Assembly: GCA_050946755.1 (NCBI GenBank)
Contig: JBMNVK010000001.1
Coordinates: 1-49,182, forward strand
Reading direction: 5' to 3'
Source: Aminivibrio sp.
GTDB taxonomy: Bacteria; Synergistota; Synergistia; Synergistales; Aminobacteriaceae
Length of the DNA: 49,182 nucleotides
Shown here: in pieces, positions 1-9,967 of the stretch
Layout: each line of letters starts with the position of its first letter
Position numbering within the stretch: the stretch's first letter is position 1
Made by a program: the position numbers and the translations under genes
The notes under the pieces: generated by a model
What the model saw: the letters and a program-made list of their open reading frames with translations, nothing else
What the model was told of the DNA's origin: nothing
The model's database searches: none

Positions 1-1097
1 TAAACGCCCTGTTATCCGGTGCAGATCTGGGCGGCGGTGGAGACATGGGCGGCGCTGGTGGTGATTTCTCACCGGAACAGGCCGGCGTTCTTGAGGAATT
101 TGCCGGAATATTCTCCTCCTCAACGTCCAGTGTTTATGGAATGCTTGCGGGGAAGGAGGTCTCCGCTGTCGTAGGAGAAAAATCCGTTATGACCCAGAAG
201 GATTTTGCCGCTCTTCCCGAAGATCCTTTTGCGTTCAGGGTAACCTGCGGCGGACTGGACGATGCCCCTCTGTCCTTCGTGATCACCGAAAAAGGCGCTC
301 TTACCCTGGCAGACCTGATGATGGGCGGAGAGGGCAAGGACCTGCCCGAGGAGGCGGGGGAGCTCTACCTTAACGCTGCTCAGGAAGGCCTGAGCCAGGT
401 GGTGGGCGCCGCTTTCACAAGCATGAGCGGTCTGCTGGGCGGCAAAAGACTCATGCCTGAGAATATTACATCTTCTCTTGAGTCGGATGAATGGCTGCCC
501 TTCCAGGACAGATCCCCTGACGACGAACTCTGGTCTGTCCCGGTGACTGTATCCATCGAAGATTTGGGTGACTTCCCCTTATGGATTGTCATGCCCCTTG
601 ACGTGGTGAAAAAGGTCGCAGACGAAGCAGCTAAGACCATTGCGGGCAAAGAGGCGGAAAAAGCCCCTGCCCCTGCTCAGGCTGCTGCTTCCGCGCCGCC
701 GCCTGCCCCCCGCCAGGGCCAGATTCCCCGGGACGAGGCTCCTGCAGCCTCCGCTGGCCACATCTATGAGCAGTCCTCTGTCGATGTTCGCCCCGCGGAG
801 TTCGTCCCGCTTATGCAAAAAGCCGCAGACGGTCATGGCGGTAGCAGACTCGACCTGGTAGCAGACATTCCTGTGCGGGTTACGGTGGAGTTGGGCAGGA
901 CCAGAAAAAACATCGCCGATATTTTAAGCATGACTCCCGGTTCCGTGATAGAATTGGACAAGATGGCCGGCGAACCTGTGGATATTCTTGTAAACGGCAA
1001 ACTGGTTGCCAAGGGCGAAGTAGTGGTTATAGATGAAAACTTCGGTGTGCGCATAACCGAGATAGTATCTTCCGCGGGAAGGATTCACTCCTTTTAG
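1..1097 (+). CDS. fliY: Flagellar motor switch protein FliY/FliN (5' end lies upstream of the window)
   Basis: Frame is open from base 3 (NALLSGADLGGGGDM...), upstream of the ORF-track ATG at 45. CheC-like segments are followed by a C-terminal SpoA/FliN domain (DIPVRVTVELGRT...GEVVVIDENFGVRITEI). Lies just before cheY. Confidence 0.9.
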   Translation, partial: NALLSGADLGGGGDMGGAGGDFSPEQAGVLEEFAGIFSSSTSSVYGMLAGKEVSAVVGEKSVMTQKDFAALPEDPFAFRVTCGGLDDAPLSFVITEKGALTLADLMMGGEGKDLPEEAGELYLNAAQEGLSQVVGAAFTSMSGLLGGKRLMPENITSSLESDEWLPFQDRSPDDELWSVPVTVSIEDLGDFPLWIVMPLDVVKKVADEAAKTIAGKEAEKAPAPAQAAASAPPPAPRQGQIPRDEAPAASAGHIYEQSSVDVRPAEFVPLMQKAADGHGGSRLDLVADIPVRVTVELGRTRKNIADILSMTPGSVIELDKMAGEPVDILVNGKLVAKGEVVVIDENFGVRITEIVSSAGRIHSF

Positions 1098-1145
1098 GAA
1101 GAGGCCCTGCCGGTCCAGCAATTACGGAGAGAGGGATGTGTAAGC

Positions 1146-1508
1146 ATGGGGAGGAAAGTTCTTATTGTCGACGATGCCGCCTTCATGAGGATGATGCTGA
1201 AAGACATCTTGACCAAGAACGACTTTGAGGTAGTGGGCGAAGCGGAAAATGGCAAAATAGCCGTGGCTTCCTATCAGAAGTTCAAACCCGATATCGTAAC
1301 CATGGATATTACCATGCCTGAGATGAACGGGATTGACGCAGTTAAGGCCATAAAGGCCATTGATGGGGACGCCAGGGTCGTGATGGTAAGCGCCATGGGC
1401 CAGCAGCCCATGGTCATAGAGGCTATCCAGGCAGGCGCTGCCGACTTTATTGTAAAACCTTTCCAGCCTGACAGAGTGGTGGAAGCTCTGAATAAAGCCC
1501 TGGGGTAG
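1146..1508 (+). CDS. cheY: Chemotaxis response regulator CheY
   Basis: Single receiver domain: VLIVDD, MDITMPEMNG, SAMGQ, FIVKPF. fliY-cheY-fliO synteny. Confidence 0.95.
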   Translation: MGRKVLIVDDAAFMRMMLKDILTKNDFEVVGEAENGKIAVASYQKFKPDIVTMDITMPEMNGIDAVKAIKAIDGDARVVMVSAMGQQPMVIEAIQAGAADFIVKPFQPDRVVEALNKALG

Positions 1509-1510
1509 AC

Positions 1511-1807
1511 ATGAGCGGCGCCAGTCCTTCCCTCACAGGATATCTGTTTCGGGTCGGTCTGGGCCTTGCTCTGTTATGTGCAGCAGGCTACGGGGCGGTT
1601 TTCTTCCATCGGAGAAGAGCGCCCCGGTCGGCAAAGGGGACTGTGGGCATTCTGACATCCCTGCCCCTCGGCAGGGATGTCCTGTTTATTGTCCGTCTGG
1701 GTCCCGATGTATTTGCCCTGACATCAGGAAGCTCTGGTACCAGGGTAATCTGCAGATGGCCTTATGAGGAGTGGAAGCGATGCAGCGATGAGGATTTCCC
1801 CCCGTAG
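1511..1807 (+). CDS. fliO: FliO/FliZ-like flagellar biosynthesis protein
   Basis: One N-terminal TM helix plus a short beta domain, in the fliO slot between cheY and fliP. Call is mostly positional. Confidence 0.65.
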   Translation: MSGASPSLTGYLFRVGLGLALLCAAGYGAVFFHRRRAPRSAKGTVGILTSLPLGRDVLFIVRLGPDVFALTSGSSGTRVICRWPYEEWKRCSDEDFPP

Positions 1808-2561
1808 GGGCATATTTTTAATAGTAGTTATGTTTCTCCTGGGTCAGACCGCTGCGGCCTATGCCCAGGACAGTGCCCCTTTTATACCCATACCGGCCCT
1901 GGAATTCGGAGTACGGATGGCGGAATCCCCCTCGGATGTAGCTGTAACTCTTCAGATACTGGCCCTTCTGACCATCCTCAGCCTGGCGCCGGCTATCATG
2001 CTGATGGTAACCTGTTTTACAAGGATCATGGTGGTCCTGGGCTTTGTGCAGAGGGCTATCGGTCTCCAGCAGACTCCCCCCAATCAGGTAATTGTGGGCC
2101 TCTCCCTGTTCCTTACCCTTTTCGTTATGGGGCCAACCTGGGGCAAGGTGTATGATGGCGCCCTGTCCCCCTATCTGGCGGGAAACATCACTTCTGTCCA
2201 GGCCTGGCAGGGTACCATCGGTCCTGTCCGGGAGTTTCTTTTTAAGTTCACCAGGCAGGAAGAGCTTTCTCTCATGGTATCCATGTCGGGCATGGAGCAG
2301 CCCGGGAACCATGACGATGTCCCCACAAGGGTCCTGCTTCCCGCCTTTATGCTTAGCGAGCTTAAGACGGCCTTTCAGATGGGAGTGGTAATCTTTATCC
2401 CCTTCATCGTTGTGGACATGGTAGTGGCCAGCGTTCTGATGGCCATGGGCATGATCATGCTTCCTCCCATGATGATCTCCCTGCCTTTTAAAGTGCTCCT
2501 GTTCGTCATGGCAGACGGCTGGAACCTGGTGGTTACCAGTCTGCTGAAGAGCTTCACGTAA
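1764..2561 (+). CDS. fliP: Flagellar export gate protein FliP
   Basis: LTILSLAPAI, QTPPNQVIVGLSLFLT, PAFMLSELKTAF, PFKVLLFVMADGW. The true start may be the ATG at 1788. Confidence 0.97.
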   Translation: MRSGSDAAMRISPRRGIFLIVVMFLLGQTAAAYAQDSAPFIPIPALEFGVRMAESPSDVAVTLQILALLTILSLAPAIMLMVTCFTRIMVVLGFVQRAIGLQQTPPNQVIVGLSLFLTLFVMGPTWGKVYDGALSPYLAGNITSVQAWQGTIGPVREFLFKFTRQEELSLMVSMSGMEQPGNHDDVPTRVLLPAFMLSELKTAFQMGVVIFIPFIVVDMVVASVLMAMGMIMLPPMMISLPFKVLLFVMADGWNLVVTSLLKSFT

Positions 2562-2576
2562 GGGGGGGACGACACC

Positions 2577-2846
2577 ATGTTTCCCATCAACATGAACGAT
2601 GTGCTTGGCGAAGCGGTCTGGATTGCTCTTACCACCGCCCTTCCCATTCTTTTCGTAGCCATGGCCATCGGCCTTGTCATAGGCATTCTGCAGACGGCCA
2701 CTTCCATCCAGGAACAAACTCTTATATTTATCCCTAAAATTGTGGCAGTCCTTGTCTCTCTCGTGGCTTTCGGCCCCTGGATGTTCGGCAGGGTGGGAGA
2801 TCTGGCCCGGCTGATCTTCGGCCAGCTTGACCGGTTTGTGAGATGA
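2577..2846 (+). CDS. fliQ: Flagellar export protein FliQ
   Basis: GLVIGILQTATSIQEQTLIFIPKI signature. Confidence 0.96.
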   Translation: MFPINMNDVLGEAVWIALTTALPILFVAMAIGLVIGILQTATSIQEQTLIFIPKIVAVLVSLVAFGPWMFGRVGDLARLIFGQLDRFVR

Positions 2847-3631
2847 CGCCGGAGCAGACCCGCTTTGTCGCCCTTCTTCTTTTCTACCTTCTTACGGCTC
2901 TGCGATTTACGGGGCTGATGTTTTCAGCCCCCGCCTTTATGGCGGGCGGAATGCCCCTTCCTCTCCGGTTCTGGTGCGCCTTCTTTCTGACTCTGGCATC
3001 GGTGGGCGCTATCTCTGATGCCCAGGTACCCCTTATTTTATTTGAGAGCTGGACATCTGTCTTTGTCCTTGGATTAAGAGAGTTTTTCATAGGCACGGCG
3101 ATAGGTTTCCTCGCTGCCCTCCCTCTCTATGCCCTCCAGATCTCCGGAGAGCTCATAGGAATCTCCATGGGTTTTGCCATGGTCAGCCTGATGGACCCCC
3201 TTAGCGAGACAAGAGCCTCCATAATAGGACAGCTTCAGTTCCTCGTAGGGCTGTGGTTTTTCTTCCGGTGGAACGGCCACCTCCTGATGACTCAGGCGGT
3301 GGTAGAAAGCCTGCGGCTCATTCCCCCCGGCAGGCTCGTCTTCTGGCCCCTGACAGACCTTAGTCTGGGAGCGTGGCTTCAGCAGGCCTTCGTACTGAGT
3401 CTCCGGTTTGTCCTGCCCTTTTACGGCGCCATAATGTTGGCGGACGTGGGTCTCGGCTTTCTGGCCCGCACTGTGCCTCAGATGAATATCTTCGTGCTGG
3501 GTCTGCCTCTTAAAATAGCTCTGGGATTTTTTGTCCTGATGATAGTACTGCCTGTGGCGGTGGAGATAATGGTGGAATACATGGAGACATACGTGGAATT
3601 TGCCCTCCGGGAGGCAACAGCATGGCGCTGA
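2843..3631 (+). CDS. fliR: Flagellar export protein FliR
   Basis: Polytopic membrane protein with LARTVPQMNIFVLGLPLKI motif, between fliQ and flhB. Confidence 0.95.
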   Translation: MTPEQTRFVALLLFYLLTALRFTGLMFSAPAFMAGGMPLPLRFWCAFFLTLASVGAISDAQVPLILFESWTSVFVLGLREFFIGTAIGFLAALPLYALQISGELIGISMGFAMVSLMDPLSETRASIIGQLQFLVGLWFFFRWNGHLLMTQAVVESLRLIPPGRLVFWPLTDLSLGAWLQQAFVLSLRFVLPFYGAIMLADVGLGFLARTVPQMNIFVLGLPLKIALGFFVLMIVLPVAVEIMVEYMETYVEFALREATAWR

Positions 3632-4773
3632 CCTTTGATCTCCAGTTTTTCTCAGAGGAAAGGACTGAGCCGGCCACTCCAAGAAAGAGGAGAAAAGAGC
3701 GGGAAGAGGGACGGGTAGCAAAAAGTCAGGATCTTGGCGCCGCCACCATAATTATGACAGGCCTCCTGGGCCTGCTGGTCTTCGGCCCCTTTCTGTTCTC
3801 CCGGGTCATGGCCTTTACCACGGATATTATTGCCCTAATGGGCGGGGAGTCTATCCACAGGGCAGGATGGCTGTACATGATAAGAAACGACACGGTCATT
3901 ACCATGCTTGCCCCCTGGCTTCCCATTGGCCTAGCCGCCGCCATAAGCGCCCTTATTGTCACCGTGTCCCAGGTCGGTTTTGTGGTAACCCCCAAGCCCC
4001 TCACTCCCAAAATGGACAGACTAAATCCCATATCCGGCCTTAAAAAAGTCCTGTCCCTGCGCTCCCTGGTGGAGCTGGTCAAGGGGCTTATGAAGGCGGC
4101 CCTACTGGGCTTTGTTATCTATTATTCCCTCCGCAATGAGACCCCTGAACTGGTAAGCGCCATCCGCTTTCCTCTTGAGGCGGGAGTTTCCAGGCTTCTG
4201 TGGAAGCTCCTGACCCTCAGCTTCCGGCTTGCATTCCTTCTCCTGGTCCTTGGGATTTTTGACTATGTGTATCAGAGGTGGGAGTTCGAACGTTCCATAA
4301 AGATGAGCAAGCAGGAGATCAAAGAGGAGTACAAGCAGATGGAGGGGGACCCCCAGATAAAGAGCAAGATAAGGCAAAAGCAGCGGGAGCTCGCCCGGAG
4401 CCGCATGATGTCCTCCGTGCCTAAGGCGGACGTGGTCATTACAAACCCTGTACGGCTTGCCGTGGCCCTGAAGTACGACAGAGAGGCCATGGAGGCTCCT
4501 GTTGTTACCGCCAAGGGAAGCGGGCATCTTGCCCGCAAAATAAGAAAGATCGCCGAAGAATCCGGCGTTCCGGTAGTTGAAAACAGGCCTCTGGCCAGAT
4601 CTTTATATGAGATCATGGAGATAGGCGAGGAAGTTCCTGAAGAATTTTATATGGCTGTGGCCGAGGTTTTGGCCTTTGTCTATAGCCTCAGACCTGAGAA
4701 AAAGGCGCCTCCTTCCGAGGAGAGAAGAGCAGAAGAACGGTCAGGGGCCCAACAAGCCGGAGTTTTCATGTAG
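3622..4773 (+). CDS. flhB: Flagellar export switch protein FlhB
   Basis: ERTEPATPRK, MSKQEIKEEYKQMEGDP, autocleavage region TNPVR, AKG. Confidence 0.97.
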   Translation: MALTFDLQFFSEERTEPATPRKRRKEREEGRVAKSQDLGAATIIMTGLLGLLVFGPFLFSRVMAFTTDIIALMGGESIHRAGWLYMIRNDTVITMLAPWLPIGLAAAISALIVTVSQVGFVVTPKPLTPKMDRLNPISGLKKVLSLRSLVELVKGLMKAALLGFVIYYSLRNETPELVSAIRFPLEAGVSRLLWKLLTLSFRLAFLLLVLGIFDYVYQRWEFERSIKMSKQEIKEEYKQMEGDPQIKSKIRQKQRELARSRMMSSVPKADVVITNPVRLAVALKYDREAMEAPVVTAKGSGHLARKIRKIAEESGVPVVENRPLARSLYEIMEIGEEVPEEFYMAVAEVLAFVYSLRPEKKAPPSEERRAEERSGAQQAGVFM

Positions 4774-4814
4774 AATAGAAAACATCAAAGGTTGCGGAGC
4801 AAGTCTCCGGAAGG

Positions 4815-6932
4815 GTGGCTGTCGTGGCTGAATCCACAAATACATCGGCTTTAAAGAAAATGCTCCATTATTCAGATATAGGCATGGCAGCGCTTGTGAT
4901 GCTCATTGTGGTGATGATGATCATCCCGCTGCCCACATGGCTTCTGGATATACTGCTTACTGTAAATATATCCCTCGGAGTGGTGGTCCTCCTGGCTACC
5001 TTCTATGCAGAGAGAGCTCTGGATCTGGCGGCATTTCCCACTATGCTCCTGATAGTAACTCTCTTCCGGCTTGCCCTGAACGTATCCACCACCAGGCTCA
5101 TACTGCTCGACGGCGATGCGGGCCAGGTAGTAAGCGCCTTCGGCAACTTCGTGGTGGGCGGCAACTACGTGGTGGGCGCAGTGGTCTTTCTCATCCTCGT
5201 AATTATTCAGTTTATCGTTATTACCAAGGGTTCCGAGCGGGTAGCGGAAGTAGCCGCCCGATTTACCCTGGATGCCATGCCGGGCAAGCAGATGGCCATC
5301 GATGCCGATCTTAACGCGGGCCTCATCGACGAGGCGGGCGCCAGAGAGCGGCGGCTGACCATTCAGAGGGAGGCCGACTTCTACGGCGCCATGGACGGCG
5401 CCTCCAAGTTCGTCAAGGGTGACGCTATCGCCGGTCTTATCATCACCATAATAAATATCATAGGCGGCCTCTCCATCGGAGTATTCCAGCGGGATCTCCC
5501 CCTTGAAAAGGCCCTGGGCATGTACAGCCTTCTGACCGTAGGCGACGGCCTGGTCTCCCAGATTCCCGCTCTTCTCTTCTCCACAGCAACGGGAGTTATA
5601 GTCACCAGGGCGGCGGGCCAGACCAACCTTGGAATGGATATCCTGACATCCCTCACCAACTACCCCCGTCCCCTCTTTATCGGAGCCGTCCTCCTGTTTG
5701 CGCTGGCTACGGTGCCCGGCCTTCCCACAGTTCCCTTTGTCCTCCTCGGAGCCCTGCTGATGCTGTTGGGGTACTGGGTCTACAGGGAGGGCAAGGTTCA
5801 GGAGGCTGCAGGGGTTGAAAGAGGTCCCGGGGACGGGCCCCTGCCCCCCGGCGGGCCAGGAGAGGGAGGGCCCCCTCCCGGCGCTCCCACATCCCCGGAG
5901 GATGTCATGCGCCTGCTTACGGTGGACCCCATGGAGGCAGAGATAGGCTATGCAATTATCCCCCTGGTGGACCCTGCCCAGGGAGGGGACATGCTCGACC
6001 GCATAGGCACCATAAGAAAGCAGATGGCTGTGGACCTTGGCCTTATCGTTCCCCCTATCCGCATAAGGGACAATATCCAGATTAAGCCCACCGAGTACGT
6101 GCTCCGGGTAAAGGGAGCGGAGACAGGCCGGGGAGAACTCCTTCCCGATCACTACCTGGCCATGAATACCGGCTCCGCGGAGGAGGAGCTCGTAGGAGTG
6201 CCCGCAGTGGAGCCCGCCTTCGGCCTTCCTGCCGTATGGATCTCCCCGGAGATGAGGGACAGGGCTGAGGGTCTGGGATACACCGTTGTGGATGCCCCAT
6301 CGGTACTGGCCACCCATCTGTCGGAAGTTATAAAGAAATACGGCGCCGACCTTATAACCAGACAGGAAGTACAGAAGCTTACCGATATGGTAAAGGAGGC
6401 GGCTCCGGCAGTGGTGGAGGAGATGATGGCCGCCCTCTCCCTGGGGGAGATTCAGAAGGTGCTTCAGAACCTTGTGAAGGAACAGGTCCCCATAAGAGAC
6501 CTCGTAAGCATCTTCGAGGCCCTGGCCGACTACGGCAAGGTCTCCCGGAGCGTCGACTTCCTGACGGAGCGGGTAAGAGAGTCTCTGGCAAGGCTTATAA
6601 CCCTCCGGGTTCAGGACGAAGAGGGCGCCATTACAGTGGCCACCCTATCCCCCAACTGGGAGCAGAGGGTCAAGGATGCTATGGAGGGAGACCTGCTGTC
6701 TGGCTGGCAGTTCAATATGGATCCGGCCCATGTGCAGAAGATGATGGGAGCAGTGGCAAAGGCGGCGGAGGACATGTCCATGAAGGGGCTTCTGCCCGTT
6801 CTGCTCGTGCACCCCGATGTCCGTCTTATTCTGAGACGTATTCTGGAGGGATCTTTGCCAAGTCTCTTTGTGTTATCCTATAATGAAATATCTCAGGGCG
6901 CTCAGCTGAAATCGGTGGGGATGGTGGAGTAA
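4815..6932 (+). CDS. flhA: Flagellar export protein FlhA
   Basis: RVAEVAARFTLDAMPGKQMAIDADL and FYGAMDGASKFVKGDAIAG. GTG start. Confidence 0.98.
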   Translation: MAVVAESTNTSALKKMLHYSDIGMAALVMLIVVMMIIPLPTWLLDILLTVNISLGVVVLLATFYAERALDLAAFPTMLLIVTLFRLALNVSTTRLILLDGDAGQVVSAFGNFVVGGNYVVGAVVFLILVIIQFIVITKGSERVAEVAARFTLDAMPGKQMAIDADLNAGLIDEAGARERRLTIQREADFYGAMDGASKFVKGDAIAGLIITIINIIGGLSIGVFQRDLPLEKALGMYSLLTVGDGLVSQIPALLFSTATGVIVTRAAGQTNLGMDILTSLTNYPRPLFIGAVLLFALATVPGLPTVPFVLLGALLMLLGYWVYREGKVQEAAGVERGPGDGPLPPGGPGEGGPPPGAPTSPEDVMRLLTVDPMEAEIGYAIIPLVDPAQGGDMLDRIGTIRKQMAVDLGLIVPPIRIRDNIQIKPTEYVLRVKGAETGRGELLPDHYLAMNTGSAEEELVGVPAVEPAFGLPAVWISPEMRDRAEGLGYTVVDAPSVLATHLSEVIKKYGADLITRQEVQKLTDMVKEAAPAVVEEMMAALSLGEIQKVLQNLVKEQVPIRDLVSIFEALADYGKVSRSVDFLTERVRESLARLITLRVQDEEGAITVATLSPNWEQRVKDAMEGDLLSGWQFNMDPAHVQKMMGAVAKAAEDMSMKGLLPVLLVHPDVRLILRRILEGSLPSLFVLSYNEISQGAQLKSVGMVE

Positions 6933-8360
6933 ATGGCGATCAAGGTGAAAAGGGGAACCCGGATTATTTTCGAGGCGGCCGACGATGCGGAAGCTCTCCG
7001 CATAGCGAGGGACCGTCTTGGCCCCGATGCCGTCATACTATCCTCACCCAGGGTCAAAACCGGAGGTTTTCTGGGACTTTTTCGAAAGACAGTACTCCAG
7101 GTAACCGCTGCGGTTCTGGAGGAGGAGGGCAGTACGGAGACTGACTCCGAAAAGCGGGAGAGGCTGGCGGCCTTTCAGAAGCTTCTTGAGCTGAAACAGG
7201 CCATGTCCTCTCCGGGAGAAGGGGTTACAGGGGGAGAGGCCTCCCTGCTGAACGGCACTGCCTTCACGGGAGGAAGTCCTGACTCCGCCGGCATATACAG
7301 CCCCCGGCCACAAAGGCCCCTGAGGGCTGAAGAAAGAAGGGACCAGTCTCCCGACGGGCTGGAGCTTTCCGTTCAGGGTCTTGCCCTTGCCTCTGAAAAA
7401 AGGGCGCCTACTGAGACCATCCTTCCCGGCCCGGAGCCTGAAAAGGAAGCTCCTCCGGAGGAGCCGGCCCAGCAGGCTGCCGGGGCGGAGCTCCAGGACG
7501 AGGTGAATGAAATAGCCAGAAGGCTTGATTTCGTCCTTAAGCGGCTTGAAAAGGAGCGTACCGACCCTGAGCCTCCCCCCACGCCTCAGGAGGACAGGGA
7601 TCTACTGTCACTCCTTCATGCCGCTGACGTAAACGAAAGTCATGCCCGCAGCCTGGTGGAAAGATACCGGGATCAGGGAGACGGACGCACCTTCTGTCAG
7701 TGGCTCGGAGAGATCCTTCCCGTGGCAGCCAGGGAGTCCTGGGAGGCCCTTGGAGGAAGAAAAATAATGCTCATCGGCCCTACCGGCGTGGGCAAGACCA
7801 CCACCATTGCCAAACTGGCGGCAATCCACTCCCTGTGGAAAAAGAAAAAAGTATTTCTGCTGACGGCCGATACATACAGGATAGCTGCCGTAAAACAGAT
7901 AGAAACCTACTCCAAGATTCTTGGAATACCCATGGACGTAATTGAGGACCCGAGGAGCATTGGTCCTGTCCTTGAAAAAAGCGCCCCTGCCGACCTGGTC
8001 CTTCTGGATACTGCGGGCCGCTCTCAAAGGGACGGCGCCCGGATCAAGGAGATGAAGGAGCTCTACATGGCCTTCCAGCCCGATGCTGTTCATCTGGTTC
8101 TTTCAGCCAATATGAAGTACAGGGACATGCTGGATGTAGTAAAGCGCATGGGGGTGATCCCTATTTCAAGGATAATATTCTCAAAGATCGATGAGACCAC
8201 TACTTATGGGGCGCTGGTCAACATTCTTCTTGACTTCGACCGCCCTCTTTCGTTCATAACCACCGGGCAGAATGTGCCGAACGACATAGAGGTAGCTTCA
8301 GGCTCCAGGCTGGCGAACATGCTCATGGGGGAAGAGAGGTCGGCCCGGAGTGGCGATTAG
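6933..8360 (+). CDS. flhF: SRP-family GTPase FlhF
   Basis: GPTGVGKTTTIAKLAA, DTYRIAA, DTAGRS, GQNVPNDI. Confidence 0.95.
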   Translation: MAIKVKRGTRIIFEAADDAEALRIARDRLGPDAVILSSPRVKTGGFLGLFRKTVLQVTAAVLEEEGSTETDSEKRERLAAFQKLLELKQAMSSPGEGVTGGEASLLNGTAFTGGSPDSAGIYSPRPQRPLRAEERRDQSPDGLELSVQGLALASEKRAPTETILPGPEPEKEAPPEEPAQQAAGAELQDEVNEIARRLDFVLKRLEKERTDPEPPPTPQEDRDLLSLLHAADVNESHARSLVERYRDQGDGRTFCQWLGEILPVAARESWEALGGRKIMLIGPTGVGKTTTIAKLAAIHSLWKKKKVFLLTADTYRIAAVKQIETYSKILGIPMDVIEDPRSIGPVLEKSAPADLVLLDTAGRSQRDGARIKEMKELYMAFQPDAVHLVLSANMKYRDMLDVVKRMGVIPISRIIFSKIDETTTYGALVNILLDFDRPLSFITTGQNVPNDIEVASGSRLANMLMGEERSARSGD

Positions 8361-9258
8361 GGATATTAATGACCAGGCCATGGATTTGCGCCGGATCGTG
8401 GACAGCAGCCGAAGGTCCCCGGCAATTATCTCGAGCCTTAAATCCATATCTGTCCTCAGCGGCAAAGGCGGGGTAGGCAAAAGCAACCTCTCCGTGAATC
8501 TGGCCCTTGCCATGGGCGCCAGGGGAAAAAGGATCATAATCCTTGATGCCGATATGGGCATGGCCAACGTGGATCTCCTCTGCGGTCTCTCCCCAAAGGT
8601 TAACCTGGCTCACATTCTCAGGGGCGAGAGCCGGCTTGAGGACACGCTTGTCTCCCTTGGCGGCAACGTATCGGTCCTGCCGGGAGGCCCGGGGATCAGA
8701 GAGCTTGCTGATCTTGACGAAGAGCTTCTCTCTGCCTTCATCGACAGCCTCTCAGTTCTTGAGGGCATGGCGGACGTGCTCCTCATCGACACAGGAGCAG
8801 GGATCAGCAGAAATATAATCTCTTTCGGCTCTGCCTCCGACGAGGTCCTGCTTGTGACAACGCCGGAGCCCACGTCCATAAGAGATGCCTACGGGGTGCT
8901 AAAAGCCCTGGCCCTGGCAACTGCAGGCAAGGTTGATGTGACTGTAGCCGTAAATATGACAACCTCCCGGGAAGAGGGTAAGGACGTTGCAGACAGAATA
9001 AGCGCCGCTGCCTCCCAATTTCTTGGCCTCATGCCCAGATACGGCGGCTCCATCCTAAGGGATGAATCGGTCTCCCTTGCAGTGCGACAGCGCAAGCCTC
9101 TGCTCCGGGCATTTCCGGACAGCGAGGCCTCAGCATGTGTAAAGGCCATGGCGGACCGACTCCTCGGACTTGAAGAAGATCAGCCCCCCCTAAGTCAGGG
9201 CAGAGGTATAAAATCCTTCTTTCTCAGGCTGGCCCGGAGTTTTGGGACAGGCAGATAG
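8350..9258 (+). CDS. flhG: MinD/ParA-family ATPase FlhG
   Basis: SGKGGVGKSN, DADMGMAN, DTGAGIS, TTPEPTS. Directly after flhF. Confidence 0.93.
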   Translation: MAIRDINDQAMDLRRIVDSSRRSPAIISSLKSISVLSGKGGVGKSNLSVNLALAMGARGKRIIILDADMGMANVDLLCGLSPKVNLAHILRGESRLEDTLVSLGGNVSVLPGGPGIRELADLDEELLSAFIDSLSVLEGMADVLLIDTGAGISRNIISFGSASDEVLLVTTPEPTSIRDAYGVLKALALATAGKVDVTVAVNMTTSREEGKDVADRISAAASQFLGLMPRYGGSILRDESVSLAVRQRKPLLRAFPDSEASACVKAMADRLLGLEEDQPPLSQGRGIKSFFLRLARSFGTGR

Positions 9259-9260
9259 CT

Positions 9261-9938
9261 ATGGACAGGCTAGGCATACAGGAGTTTCTGAATTTCCTTA
9301 ATCAAAAAATAGGCGCCAAAGCCCTCTTCTTCAACGAAGCCGGTCTTTACAAGGGCACCTATCCATCCAGAGTGGAGGATGTAAAAGGCGACATGGTAGC
9401 CTTCTCCCACCCTCTCCTCAAGGGGGCTCTTCTTCCTGTGCTAAGGGGAGTGGAGCTCAAGCTTAGGGTGGAGGCTGATGGTATGCTGTATCAGGGTATT
9501 GTGACCGTTATAAGAGGCGCTCCCCTGGACGGCATACCTATGCTTTGGGTAAGTCCCGTATCGGAGGCAGTGCGGGTCCAGCGACGTTATTTTGTGCGGG
9601 TTCCCTGCCTGCTGAAGACAGCCTTTTACCGCCTTGAAGGAAAAAGAGTAAAGCCTGACCAGGAAGAATGGATAACTGCCGTCTCAAGGGATATCAGCCT
9701 GGGGGGTGTAGCGGCCTCAGCCTACCGTTCCGATGGCTTCAGATTCACTGAACAGGACAGAGTTCTGATCCGGCTCCCTGTCCAGGATGAAGTTTTCTTT
9801 CTTACCGGAAGGCTTGTAAGAAAGTTTTTGAGAGAAGAGAACTGGGAGATGGGGTTCGCTTTTGATGCGGTTCCCGGCTTCGTGGAAAAGGTGCTCGGTG
9901 CGTTTATACGCAGACAGGAAATGGCCGGGCGACAATAA
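9261..9938 (+). CDS. YcgR/PilZ-domain c-di-GMP-binding flagellar brake protein
   Basis: PilZ motifs QRRYFVRV (RxxxR) and DISLGG (DxSxxG). Confidence 0.85.
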   Translation: MDRLGIQEFLNFLNQKIGAKALFFNEAGLYKGTYPSRVEDVKGDMVAFSHPLLKGALLPVLRGVELKLRVEADGMLYQGIVTVIRGAPLDGIPMLWVSPVSEAVRVQRRYFVRVPCLLKTAFYRLEGKRVKPDQEEWITAVSRDISLGGVAASAYRSDGFRFTEQDRVLIRLPVQDEVFFLTGRLVRKFLREENWEMGFAFDAVPGFVEKVLGAFIRRQEMAGRQ

Positions 9939-9967
9939 AACAAACAAATCATTTTGAAGGGATTGCC

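Noticed and set aside
5815-5900. G/C-run-rich stretch in flhA as a repeat or G-quadruplex element
   Set aside because: Explained by a Gly/Pro-rich linker (GPGDGPLPPGGPGEGGPPPG) in the protein.
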